From Oculina patagonica (Eukaryota): DNA of 64,000 nt. Below are positions 1-10,718 of this stretch, one piece after another. The stretch is taken from positions 36,022,001-36,086,000 of the forward strand of contig NC_135763.1 of the NCBI RefSeq assembly GCF_052425735.1, read 5' to 3'. The notes beneath the pieces are model-generated. The model was not told the DNA's origin, did not search any database, and was given only the letters and a program-made list of their open reading frames with translations. Within the stretch, counting starts at the first letter, position 1, and the number at the start of each line of letters is the position of its first letter. The position numbers and the translations under genes are program-made.

Positions 1-246
1 CCTTTCATACAACATGAATATTTCTGGACAGAAAATTATTCAACACAACTAATCGCGACCTGTATTTTCAGAGAGTTATATCACCAAATCAGTATTGCCA
101 AATCAATCGCTTTATACCATTAAACAAACCCAAAATACTTTCTTACAGCGAGGCACTCACCTTGAGCCTTTTCTTTGTAGAATGCGCAGATCCCAAGCCC
201 ACTTTCTTTCATAAAAGCCTTATAAAAATCTTCGCGAAGGGGCCTT

Positions 247-515
247 GGTGTCATAGCTACCTGTTACCTAACGTGGTATGGGGCAGGCAGGAAGTAATTT
301 GCCGCAGGCATAATTTTGAGTATATGCAATATAATTTGTCTTCAAATCAGCGAGCATAAATATAAAGCTTTAGTCAACAGTCCATGTGTGCTTCCTGAGA
401 AATAACATACGCTCAAATTATGAGTGTTCTTATTCACGATGGGTGCGTGATTACGGCGAAACAGTCGCCATCTTGGAATTGAGCGACACCGAGAAGGTCC
501 TGGTGGCGAGGTTCA
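247..515. repeat. Duplicate of the region upstream of the Gly-rich gene (copy of 4816-5074)
   Basis: GGTGTCATAGCTACCTGTTACCTAACGTGGTATG...TCAAATCAGCGAGCATAAATATAAA... is colinear with 4816-5074. Confidence 0.85.
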
Positions 516-1496
516 AGGAACCCAATTAAAAGTCACTTGTCTTGAGCCAACTAGTGGGGGAGGGAGGGGGAAGATAACAAGGATGATTGTCGTTCGTTGC
601 AGCGAGAAGAGGTGGAGGAGGAGTAGGAGGAGAGGAGACTGTAAAATAATAATAAAAAATAAAAGGGAACCACAAAATGACCAGAATGTGATGTTGAAGC
701 GCGAGAATTCATTCCAGCAGGAGCATCAATCCTTTTGACATGTCGTTGCTATCGTATTCTTTTCGAGCTCATTACCCAAAAGTTAACCTTTAACAGTGGG
801 TCATTTATTCACCAAACCATAAGTTTTAACGTTAACCCTAAAAAGAAGACGACCCCCTTCCCCACCCGCCGAATTATTTGGGAGTCCACCGATCTGTGTA
901 GGTTTACATTTGTAGCAATTAGCTGTGTTAAAATTACCACGATACCTTACAGAGCATGTATCGAGCCGAAAACAAAACGATGGCAGGAACACCAGGCTAC
1001 GCAATGCTGAGAGTCCTAACAAAAACGAAACAGCTGTAATAGGCTGTTGCATGCGTACAGGTCCTGGTCACACCGTCGAACGTGGAGATGTGTACACATG
1101 GGTTGTGTGTCCCATTGCATTCAGATGGTTTACTAACGCATACAATGTCATGATATGACACAGTCGATCTAGTCCGCGATCCATAACACTTGGTTTTTAA
1201 AAATCAGAGGGAGATCTTTCTTTTCAAAAATCTAACTATGAGCTCCTGGGCTAATATTAGGGGCCGGGTAAATATCGGAAGCCGGGAATTTTAATTTTGC
1301 GTGTGAGATTGACTTTTCGGAACACAACGGCTTAGAACATAAAGGGTAGACTCAGTTCTCAGTCAGTTTGGTTATTCCGGGGCTGATCTTTGGAATGGAC
1401 TGCCATCTGAATTACGTAAGCCATTAACCTTGCAAGCTTTCCTCAACGGGCACCCACACGGCAAACACTTAAAACAACCGTGTTTAAATAAAATTT

Positions 1497-1548
1497 TGTC
1501 TGTCTGTCTGTCTGTCTGTCCGTCCGTCCGTCCGTCCGTCCGTCCGTC

Positions 1549-1579
<31 letters not shown>

Positions 1580-1656
1580 TTGTCCGTCCGTCCGTCCGTC
1601 TTCTGTCTGTGTGTCTGTCTTCTTTCTGTCTCGTCTCTTTCTTTTTTCTTTTTCTT

Positions 1657-1690
<34 letters not shown>
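1497..1690. repeat. Compound (GTCT)n/(GTCC)n microsatellite followed by poly-T
   Basis: Read directly from the sequence. Confidence 0.95.
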
Positions 1691-1697
<7 letters not shown>

Positions 1698-2011
1698 CTG
1701 TCTGTCTGGATTTAGTTCACGCAGGGTATTTTTCAAAGAAGTGATCACGTGATGCCCTTGGATTTCTCTCAATCCAAGTCAGATCAAAGCTCAAACAAAC
1801 CAATACTGATCAAGAAAACAGTAAACTGCATTTTAAACACCTTTATTACTTTCCTACTTTTTACAATTATTGCTCCTTGCATGAACTAACATAACATCAG
1901 TTCTAAAGTGCAAAATTATTGAACTACTAAGTGAACTAAGTTCAAGAACAGCCGTTTTTCATGCTCGAGTTAAAACAGTAAATGCATGAATCTTTATTGT
2001 TTTCCGTAATA

Positions 2012-4711
2012 TCACCCCCATGGCCACCAGTTACCGCCGCCTCCACCGCCTCCTCCTCCANNNNNNNNNNNNNNNNNNNNNNNNNNNNNNNNNNNNNNNN
2101 NNNNNNNNNNNNNNNNNNNNNNNNNNNNNNNNNNNNNNNNNNNNNNNNNNNNNNNNNNNNNNNNNNNNNNNNNNNNNNNNNNNNNNNNNNNNNNNNNNNN
2201 NNNNNNCACGGCCGCCTCCATTGCCTCCATAGCCTCCGTATCCTCCGTAGCCTCCATAGCCTCCGTTGCCTCCGTAGCCTCCGTAGCCTCCGTAACCTCC
2301 ATAGCCCCCCTCCTCCACCGCCACCCTCCACCGCCGCCTCCTCCGCCTCCGCCTCCACCGCCGCCTCCCCAATAAGAGGGATCATTCAAAAGTTCTCCTG
2401 AAAAATTTATATATTAAAATGATTAAACCTGACGTTTTCTAACGACATTGTTGGTTCCAACCTCGTTCCCAGGGTCTCTCTCTCCCCGCCCCCAACAGCG
2501 GGGAGAGAGAGACCCTGGGATCGGGGTTGGTCGAAAGCAGTGAGCACGAGCACTAAGGTACCATTGTTATTTTCACTAAAACGGAAAAAACAAGGCGTCA
2601 TTCTTAAAATACGAATGTGGTGGAAAATTAGACGCTCTGTTAAGCCCTCATCAGAGGGGCATTTGACCGTAAAAACTGCCAACACAGTGAAGAATTTGAC
2701 CAGCCTTTGTTCAAAAGAAGTCCAATGCCCTGGGGTTTGCACCCCCGGGGGGAAAAGCATGGGTGCTCTTCTTTTTGACAGATATATACATAGACAGGAG
2801 CCATAATCGGGGATTATGGCTCCTGACATTGTGCAATGAACAGATCAGAACTCAAAACATAAAAGGTAATAGCCCAGGAAACGCTCTATGTCAAACTATG
2901 TTTTGCGTAGTCTACGTTTTAGTTAGTAAAATGCATTTTAGTTATTGTCAAGCCTTCTTAAGGGGAGGGGAGAAGGTATGGTGAGTTGGGGGAGAAGGCC
3001 TTTCTTCGTTCTACTTTTCCTATCTTCCCCGTCCCGTTTAGAAAAGTGCGATATTCAGACCACGTTTTTGTGGGCTTATAATTATGGTCCTTATGTTGCA
3101 CAATTTTTGGAACAGTTTAAAGTAAACACAGTGTCGCTTTTGACAGCCCAATGATATCAGCTACTAGTAATAAACGGATAGGCTTACCATTCATCTGGTC
3201 ATCCATCTTCACAAAATCACGATATCGGGGCCGATGCCCCGCTGAATCTTTCTGAGTAATCCTCAGAGGATCTCGATATATTGGAATCTCAAGCCTCTGT
3301 TAAAGATATATTGAATGCGACTTAAGAAAAGATTTAAAGAAAATAACTAAGACAATTAAAATTATTGCGCTTGTTTTACCAAAGAAATGGCGCGTTCCCC
3401 GATCAGAAACACAAGAGGGTTGAACTTTAACCCTATTCAGACCGGGCTTTTTTTGGACCTTCTCTGGCCGGGGGGGGAGGCTCAGAAGCCCCCCCCCCCC
3501 CTAATATAACTTTCAGAATATTTAAGCAATCACAATGAAACTTATAGGATATATAGTATGTCCGAACATCTTTCTTTGGTCAGTTACGTCACGTGGGATG
3601 ATGACGTCACGTGGGATGATGATGTGCAACCACATCTCGTACATAGATTCATACATACATAACTTCAGTTACCCTCGGGCTTGTGAGGCTTGTTATATAT
3701 AATTTTAGGTCTTTAGCAATTTAACATCCTAATATGTCGAGAAATAAAAAGTGTACAAAGAAAGAAAAAGAAATTAAGACGGAATCTATCAGGAAATAGA
3801 GTAATTTAAATTTAAGTTGGACAAAAATCGAGTACTAGAGTTATTTACATGCTAAGGATGTAAGTAATTATCCGTGAACCAACAACAATTTCTTATCAGA
3901 GCCAGAGAAAGTGAATTTCAGAAGTAAAAAACCATGTAAACTAAAGGTAAAATCTCACGTGAAGCTATTTTGTAATTACTAAAACTGTTTTTTAAGATTA
4001 TTGTTGTTAGAAATGATTTCTTTCGATAAGATATTTTATTGAAACAGAAGAATATAGAAATTTGCAATAAGATAATTTTTGTCCAATAAATACTCGAAGT
4101 CCTGGCGGATTCTGTTCTAAACATGATAAAAACAAAGAAAAAAAAAACAAGAACATTTCTATTGGTTTTAGCCTCCAGTAAGCGACCATTACACATGATT
4201 TGACCCACCATACATAAATTTTGCTCTTACTTTACAACATTTTATTCCTCATATCCGATTCTCACAAGTGAGTATTGTTTCTATTGTGTCAGTTCTTAGA
4301 AGTTGCACTTGCTGAGCCGATTTTCTTTGCATGCTTTTTGAGCTTCTAAACGAAGCGTTTACGGACGCATTTGTGCATAGATTTGGCCTCAGAAACGACG
4401 GCGAGCTATGACTCAAATGAATGAATGAATGAAATACTTTAGATTATAGTGTCAAGATATTTAGCTTTAAAAAACTAATTGGGTACACTATTTACATTAA
4501 AATCTACTAAGCTACATTAAGTTAAAAATTTTAGGGCCCCGCTGGCTTGACCACTCGTAAGCATAGGCTTGATATTTTGGGCGGTCACTTACGGGAGTTT
4601 CAATTGTATATGTAACACGTTTACCTCATCTTGCTTTCCGATTCCACCATTCTTGAGAGGAAATGACATCACCAGGTCCAGCGTAATAAATAAAAACACA
4701 AGGCACTTCAT
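2012..4711 (-). CDS. Secreted glycine/tyrosine-rich (GGY-repeat) peptide precursor, 3 exons
   Basis: Exons 4711-4625 (MKCLVFLFITLDLVMSFPLKNGGIGKQDE, signal-peptide-like, phase 0), 3296-3188 (RLEIPIYRDPLRITQKDSAGHRPRYRDFVKMDDQMN, phase 1) and 2397-2012 (GELLNDPSYW-polyG-(GGY/GGN)n...gap...polyG-NWWPWG*). All junctions are GT-AG and in phase. Two apparent extra G bases in homopolymers (2324-2326, 2305-2310) next to an N-gap. Minus-strand AATAAA at ~1993-1998. Confidence 0.8.
2458..2529. mobile_element. Short palindromic MITE (CAACCTCGTTCCCAGGG.../...CCCTGGGATCGGGGTTG)
   Basis: Terminal inverted repeats. Related ends at ~33511, ~40431 and ~61444. Confidence 0.6.
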
Positions 4712-4815
4712 ATTTCGTTAAAGTACATAACAGATCGTCAGCCAAGCTTTAATTCAGTGAAGACAGAAAGACAGTACAAGATGCAGTTGGTGTTTTCGTT
4801 TCGTAAAGTGTTTTG

Positions 4816-5074
4816 GGTGTCATAGCTACCTGTTACCTAACGTGGTATGAGGCAGGCAGGAAGTTACATGGCGTAGGCATAATTTTGAGTATAGTAAGTA
4901 TAATTTGTTTTCAAATCAGCGAGCATAAATATAAACTTTTAGTCCAGAGTCCGTGTTGTGCTTGCTGAAATAGAACATATGCCCAAATTATGTTATGAGT
5001 GTTTTCATTTAAGATGGGTAGGCGGTTACGGCGCAAAAGTCGCCATTTTGGAAGAAGGTCCTGGAGGCAAGGTT
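4816..5074 (-). promoter_or_regulatory. Upstream/promoter region of the Gly-rich peptide gene (duplicated at 247-515)
   Basis: Starts ~100 bp 5' of the ATG at 4711. Conserved in a second copy in the same orientation. Confidence 0.5.
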
Positions 5075-7329
5075 GTGTTGAAATCGGTTGGCCAAGTATT
5101 GTCTCCAAAACCTAAGGGAAACAAACTTCAAGTCGCTTGTCTGCAGTCCACCCCCACCCCCCCCCCCCTCCCCTCCAAACCCACCCAAAAAGTCCTTTTT
5201 AGTTGGAGGGACTCCTAAGAAATGGACGGGGTTAATCAGTCATCGGAAATTTTAAAAGGAACTACTAAAACGTACCAGAATCACATTTTGTGGGCGCGCT
5301 CGTATTCATTTTTAGTCCTAAGAGCCCATTCATTCATTTTGAAAGGTTGGAAAACTTTATGAGTGGGGTTTTTAATATTTTACCAAACCACGAGTTTCAC
5401 GTTAGCCCGTAAAAGTACGAAGACCCCAGACCCCCCCCCCCCCCTACCCGTCACTTATGTCACTTAGTGTTTATTTTAAAAGAATATCGAGGAGGAAGTT
5501 TGCGAAATTTTAAGAATATTTTAAGAATAAACCCGAGGCCAAGATTTTAAAAAGAATACAATTTCATGTTTTGAAAATTTGTAAATACAATACAATTTGA
5601 TGTTTTTAACTATCCGCATACTGACTTATATTTTTCCTTTCTCTAAACGGCAAAACTAGCCAATAAAACGATAAAAACCTGCACTGGCCAAATGTTCGAT
5701 GCTAATGACAGTTTGGTGAACGGTTCATGTACAGTCAACTCTTTCTAAGACGGACACCTTCGGGACCGGCTCCAACTGTCCGTCTTAGAGAGGTGTCCGT
5801 CTTGTAGAGAGTCGAGGTAACATGACACCAGTCATTCTGAGATAATAAAGCTGGTCCTCGTTTAAATTCGCTAACTTTAACAAAACCTACAAACTGGGAC
5901 AACAATAATATCAGAAAATTGACTCGTTTGTTCACTACAATCGCTAGTTCACTGCTTCTAAAAAATGAACATTACAACTTGTTGCAAATTGTATCACGTC
6001 TATATGTATATGTAACAAATAATAAATGGCACGCGATGCATGCGGAAGCGATGGCGTTTCACAAGGGGTCTTACATAATTTTAGGCAACCGACATGGTCG
6101 GCCTACTAGTAGTATGCCTTATGTCAAAGTTAGTTTCCATGCTTATACCTCACTAAACGCGAGGAGGATAAGTGTGAGAAAGATTGTGCGACGAGCCAAA
6201 ATGAATGAAATATTATTTACACAAAAATAATTATTTATTTCACTTGACCTGTTATCGTTTGGTACTAACGAGATTTAAACTTCCACAAACTTCGAATTCT
6301 AGAAATAGTTTTACTTTGATTTAAAAGTCCACAAAGTACTTAAAAATACAGACAATTCACACAGTTATCCAGTACACGCATATTACATTCACACAACGAT
6401 TTCCTCGTCAAAACGTCTAGTGTTTCTAGGAAGAACGGTATATCACAAATTCAAAGAAGTGATAAAACAATTTCGATCCGTATTATACCCACTCTCGATG
6501 CATACGAGTCTAACAATTTGTAGTTTTGTGCAACATATAATTGGAGGAAAATACGCTGGTTTACCTTCGAACGAACTCCGTACGAAACTACGCATCGACT
6601 TACTCGATTTCCACTCTTTTTATGACGTTCGGTGGCTGAAGACAACTCTGCTACCTTGGATGATAACCTTGTAATGTTCTCCATGACATTTTTGCCAAAA
6701 TTACAATTTTGGAAACACGTTTTTAACCCTTTTTTTCAAGCAAAATAATGTTTCTAAGCTCCGTTTGGGACGCCATCTTGTTTTGCATAAAATCGAGGCC
6801 ATCTGTGGCTACCAGTTTCCCGGCTGAGATTTGCCCCTGCAAAAATCAATCGGGGCGGCCAATCTCGAGTCCATACATCTGCGGGCGCATTAAGGCTCGA
6901 TTCATTCCGCATAACAGTACACAGGCATACCAACTCAAAAGACACAGGACGCAAAAACAAAATTAGGCTTGCGCTCTCCTTCGTCGAACGCAATTATGCA
7001 CGTCTAATTGCCATTGAAGGATGAAAACTCAGGGGTCTTGCAATTCTGGGTTTTAGAATTTTGATGACGTCACGTGAAAACCAAGAATAGCCCGGGCCAA
7101 ACGAGGATGAGAGTTGATGAGAGTTGACTCTCATGATCTCATGAGAGTTTTCGTCAACTCTAATCGCCTATCATCAACTCGGTACAAACGAGAACGAGAG
7201 TCATCCAAATCTTACAACTCTCATCGACTCTCACGAAAAATTTGAGCACGTTCAAAGTCATATAGACTCTTGGTTTTAGGCCATCGTAACTTGATTAAAA
7301 ATATAATACAAACAGCGGTGATAAACATG

Positions 7330-8065
7330 ATAAAAAATCGCATTTTACTAAACTTGACGTTTCGTATGCTAAGCTACATATATTTTCAAAAGTATGACCG
7401 TTAAAACTTTTTGGCAACTATTTATATATTGTAATGAAAGGGGTCTGGAACCAAGACTGAGACGATTGATCTTCAGCAGTAACTTAATAAATGTATACGT
7501 AGTGACATTTCAGTTAAAAAAAGCAGCAACCTCTCACTGCCGACATTTGCATTTATGAGGGTTGAAGTTCTTGGATAAATAATGTCTCCTTAATTTTGCA
7601 GTGGAGGTCAGTCTTGCCAGATGCAAGGATTTCAAAATGATCCCATTTGATGTTATGGCCTGTGGTTTTAATGTGATCAGCAATAGCTGATGGATGGTCA
7701 CATTTAGTGAGGGCCTTAAATTGTTCAGTTTTTCTGTCATGAAGTCGTCGTTTTGTTTTTCCTATGTAAACGTCATCACAGTCCCAGCAGCCAGCTTTGT
7801 AAATGACCTTACATCGTTGAGAATGGTTGAGGCGGTCTTTGTACGGAAAGAAGGATTTGATGGGGCGTGTGTTCTGAAAAATGATCTTGAGGTTGACGAA
7901 AGAGTAGAAGTCGGATACACAGGATTTAAGGCGTTTAGTGATTTGAATGCTCGGAAGTCCTAATTGCTAAGTAGGGTAACAGGAAAAAGAAAACAAGCCA
8001 GACACCCCTGTGGCGACAGTTCCTAAAAAAGCTGTCATAATCCTGTTACCCTACTTAGGTCTTTT
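7330..8065 (-). mobile_element. Penelope-like retroelement 3' fragment (GIY-YIG endonuclease) with a short inverted 5' piece
   Basis: Minus-strand translation ~7985-7514: LPY..GLPSIQITKRLKSCVSDFYSFVNLKIIFQNTRPIKSFFPYKDRLNHSQRCKVIYKAGCWDCDDVYIGKTKRRLHDRKTEQFKAL...SAIADHIKTTGHNIKWDHFEILASGKTDLHCKIKETLFIQELQP. Plus-strand 8010-8063 encodes VATVPKKAVIILLPYLGL (the inverted upstream part). Confidence 0.85.
7352..7393 (-). ncRNA. Minimal hammerhead-ribozyme-like motif of the Penelope pLTR (variant core)
   Basis: Minus strand ACTT-TTGAAAA-TA-TATG-TAGCTTAG-CATA-C-GAAA-C-GTC-AAGT gives stem I ACTT/AAGT, stem II TATG/CATA and a GAAACGUC cleavage context. The core is UUGAAAA rather than CUGANGA. Confidence 0.45.
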
Positions 8066-8547
8066 TGAGCAAAACGGACTTTTACCAGATGTTCTCTCCG
8101 AGAGTCGAGAAGATCTGGGTACGAGATTAAAGACTTAGCCGAAACGTCTTACGCACACCCCTACATCTCCTTTCACAGGGGAGGAGTAAACATCCTTCCA
8201 GGAACAGCTTTTAAGATGTAATTTTTTTTTTCCAAAATATGCCCGCTCTCTCGTCTAAAAAGCCTTTTGTATCAACAGTGTTATTTCTGGCAAAAAAGAA
8301 CTTAGTTTGAGAAACTGGTCACGTCTTCATTCAATTCACATGCTTACACTAAAAACACGTATAAATTGCGTTTTATTCTTTGCTGTTTACTGTCTGTCAA
8401 GAGACGACGGCAAATTGTCTGAAACCTACATTGTAAAATTCACAGGGTTCGACAGGGCGGTCCCATTTTATTGTATTTAAGGGAAATTAAATTTCGGCGA
8501 TTCTTTGTCACCAGAAACATTTGCATAAATTATGGCTTTGAACAAAC

Positions 8548-8567
8548 GGGCAAGTCTGGGCATGCCC
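8548..8567. promoter_or_regulatory. Perfect p53-family response element (two half-sites, no spacer)
   Basis: GGGCAAGTCT GGGCATGCCC matches RRRCWWGYYY x2 at 20/20 positions. Confidence 0.8.
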
Positions 8568-8569
8568 GA

Positions 8570-8580
8570 TTTCCCGCCAA
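8570..8580 (+). promoter_or_regulatory. E2F site
   Basis: TTTCCCGCCAA matches TTTSSCGC, 2 bp downstream of the p53 element. Confidence 0.55.
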
Positions 8581-8899
8581 ATTAACAACGAAAATTCACA
8601 CGCGCTCGCAAATAAATTCCCGGTGGATTTCCGGTGCTTTCTTGAGGTCTTGAACATCTGGAGATCTAGAAACAACATGGGGTATTTTTAAGTTGCTGTG
8701 CTTCGAAAGAAGCCCACAATATTTAGAAACATCATCACGAAAGCTTCGAGGGAACTGTTGATTGTTTTTAAAAGAGATTGCCCTTGAGTTGGAGTGCGAA
8801 AAGTTGCTGTCTGCATAAAGTCACGATATCTTTAAAATCTTGTCAAAACACTGCTCCATTTGACTTTACGTGAGCGCAGAAAATAAGGCTTTCGTCCCA

Positions 8900-9109
8900 G
8901 ACCACGTGCAAAAGTTGTCTCGATAGATATAGCCTTTCTATTGGTTTTCCTTGCGGAGTGTGAACTAACCGCATCGCTGATTGGATCGCTCCAGTCTTCC
9001 AACCGGATACAGAAGCGCTGATTTGGCAAGTTTGAGCAGCGCGCGTGGTTCGATCGAAGATGGCTGTCTGTTGAGGTCGTGCTCCAGAGTTTTCGTGTTC
9101 CTAAGCCAG
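8900..9109 (+). promoter_or_regulatory. Core promoter and probable non-coding exon 1 of the p63-like gene
   Basis: E-box CACGTG 8903-8908. Inverted CCAAT (ATTGG) at 8940 and 8980, imperfect at 9021 (~40-bp spacing). YY1-like AAGATGGC ~9057. Donor CAG|GTAGGT at 9109/9110. Confidence 0.55.
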
Positions 9110-10718
9110 GTAGGTCGACTTTGCCTTTGTTGTGAATCATGTGTATTCGTTCTTTGAAGGAATCGAGGTATTCTGCGACATGTTTCGTCGAAATCTCGAC
9201 AATAATCTATGTTTGCAGCGATGTTGATCGCAAATGTTTTGGGCGATGGAAAATCGAAGCTGAGCTCATTTGATAAATGTCTAATCAATTTCCTTTATCC
9301 GTGGTTTAGTTCCATTTTCTTTGTTTAAGGACCCATTATCTCCAATACAAAATACATCTCGGTCATTATTAGATATCTTATATATAATGGGATATAATGT
9401 TTTGTCTTGGTGAATAAATTGTTTGGCCTGATTTCAATTCGGAGGTTGGGTAAATTTCAATGTTTACATCGGAAGTTGAGCTTGTTTTTGTGCCAGAAAA
9501 CGAAACTAGTTTACACGACTTCTCAGTTTTGTTGCTTGCACCTAAATTCTTCCTTAGTTAGAAAAATATTTGGCTACCTGAAAGTTTGAAAGTCGAATTC
9601 CATGCATTTGGTTATAAGGGCAGGTCAAATTTTGACAGGAAAAAAATCATTGTATAAAGTTATCGCTTCGATCTCCGAAAATGTATGACACCTGATTTTC
9701 GAAAAGGCACTTTCCCATGCACGAAACTTTTATCTTTGGCTATAAATCTCGGCACTGTAATAGAATTAGTTGCTTTCTTGACTGCTGATCACAGTGTGCA
9801 AGTATTTATGTAGTAATTTGACCTTTTAATTTTCTTTCTAATTTGCATTCTTGTTGAAACTTTCAAAAACTTTAAAGTCCTGATATTGGTAGATCTGTGA
9901 ACACAATTCAACCATCCCTAACTCATGACAAACATTTTGATGTAGCACTACGGGAAGAGCAATGTTTGATTGTTTGTCCGGTGCATCCAGACCTCAATGC
10001 TGGATAAAAATATTTGGCTGCTTAGGTAGTAGTGAAGGCTAAAAGCCTTAATTTGAAGTGCAACTCCAATATAAAAAATACCATAACTAATAAATCAATC
10101 CTGTGTAACTTCTCATTTTTTGTGTTACTGACTGCACTTTTTCTCCTGTATTCTAATGCAGTCTGATACAATGTACATGTATAACTAACCGATAATAAAC
10201 CCTAATAATTATGTAGTACAGCTGGAGCACTCCTTATGGATACCTGGACCCTTGTTTTGTACAGTTAACTTGAATTGGTTTGAAAGAGACTAGAATTCAT
10301 ATTGATATGCACTCTTCCTTTGTAATAACCTCCATAATAAGGACATTCTTTCCGGCAATGTGACCTCCATATAACAAACATTGAATTTTAAAAACAATTC
10401 TTGTGCAATCTGATATCATTTTCAAACCAGAAGTAAACTGGTCCAGTCCGTAACCACCTAAAATAATGGTAGGTTCCTTTTTTTTTTAACACGACTTGTA
10501 CAAGAGTATCTCACTGTCAGCCAATGTAATAAGATTTGAGCTAATTAAAGTCCACAAATTGCTGAATATTGAAAATTTATAACCTGCACGTGGTCATAAT
10601 GTTCAAACAACTACTAGAAGAAAATAAGTTCTCTTTTCATGTTTTTAAGGACAATTATTGCAAACATTTTAATTAGTGACTTGTTGTAAATTGTGTGTTC
10701 CTTCATTTCAGCTTAAAG

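Noticed and set aside
1430-1772. ORFs with SVCL/DRQT and poly-F/K repeats
   Set aside because: They are translations of a microsatellite and poly-T.
1942-2385. Arg-rich 'WRLRRLRR' and 'EATEAM' ORFs
   Set aside because: They are alternative frames of the GGY-repeat exon; the spliced Gly-rich frame has the signal peptide and consistent phases.
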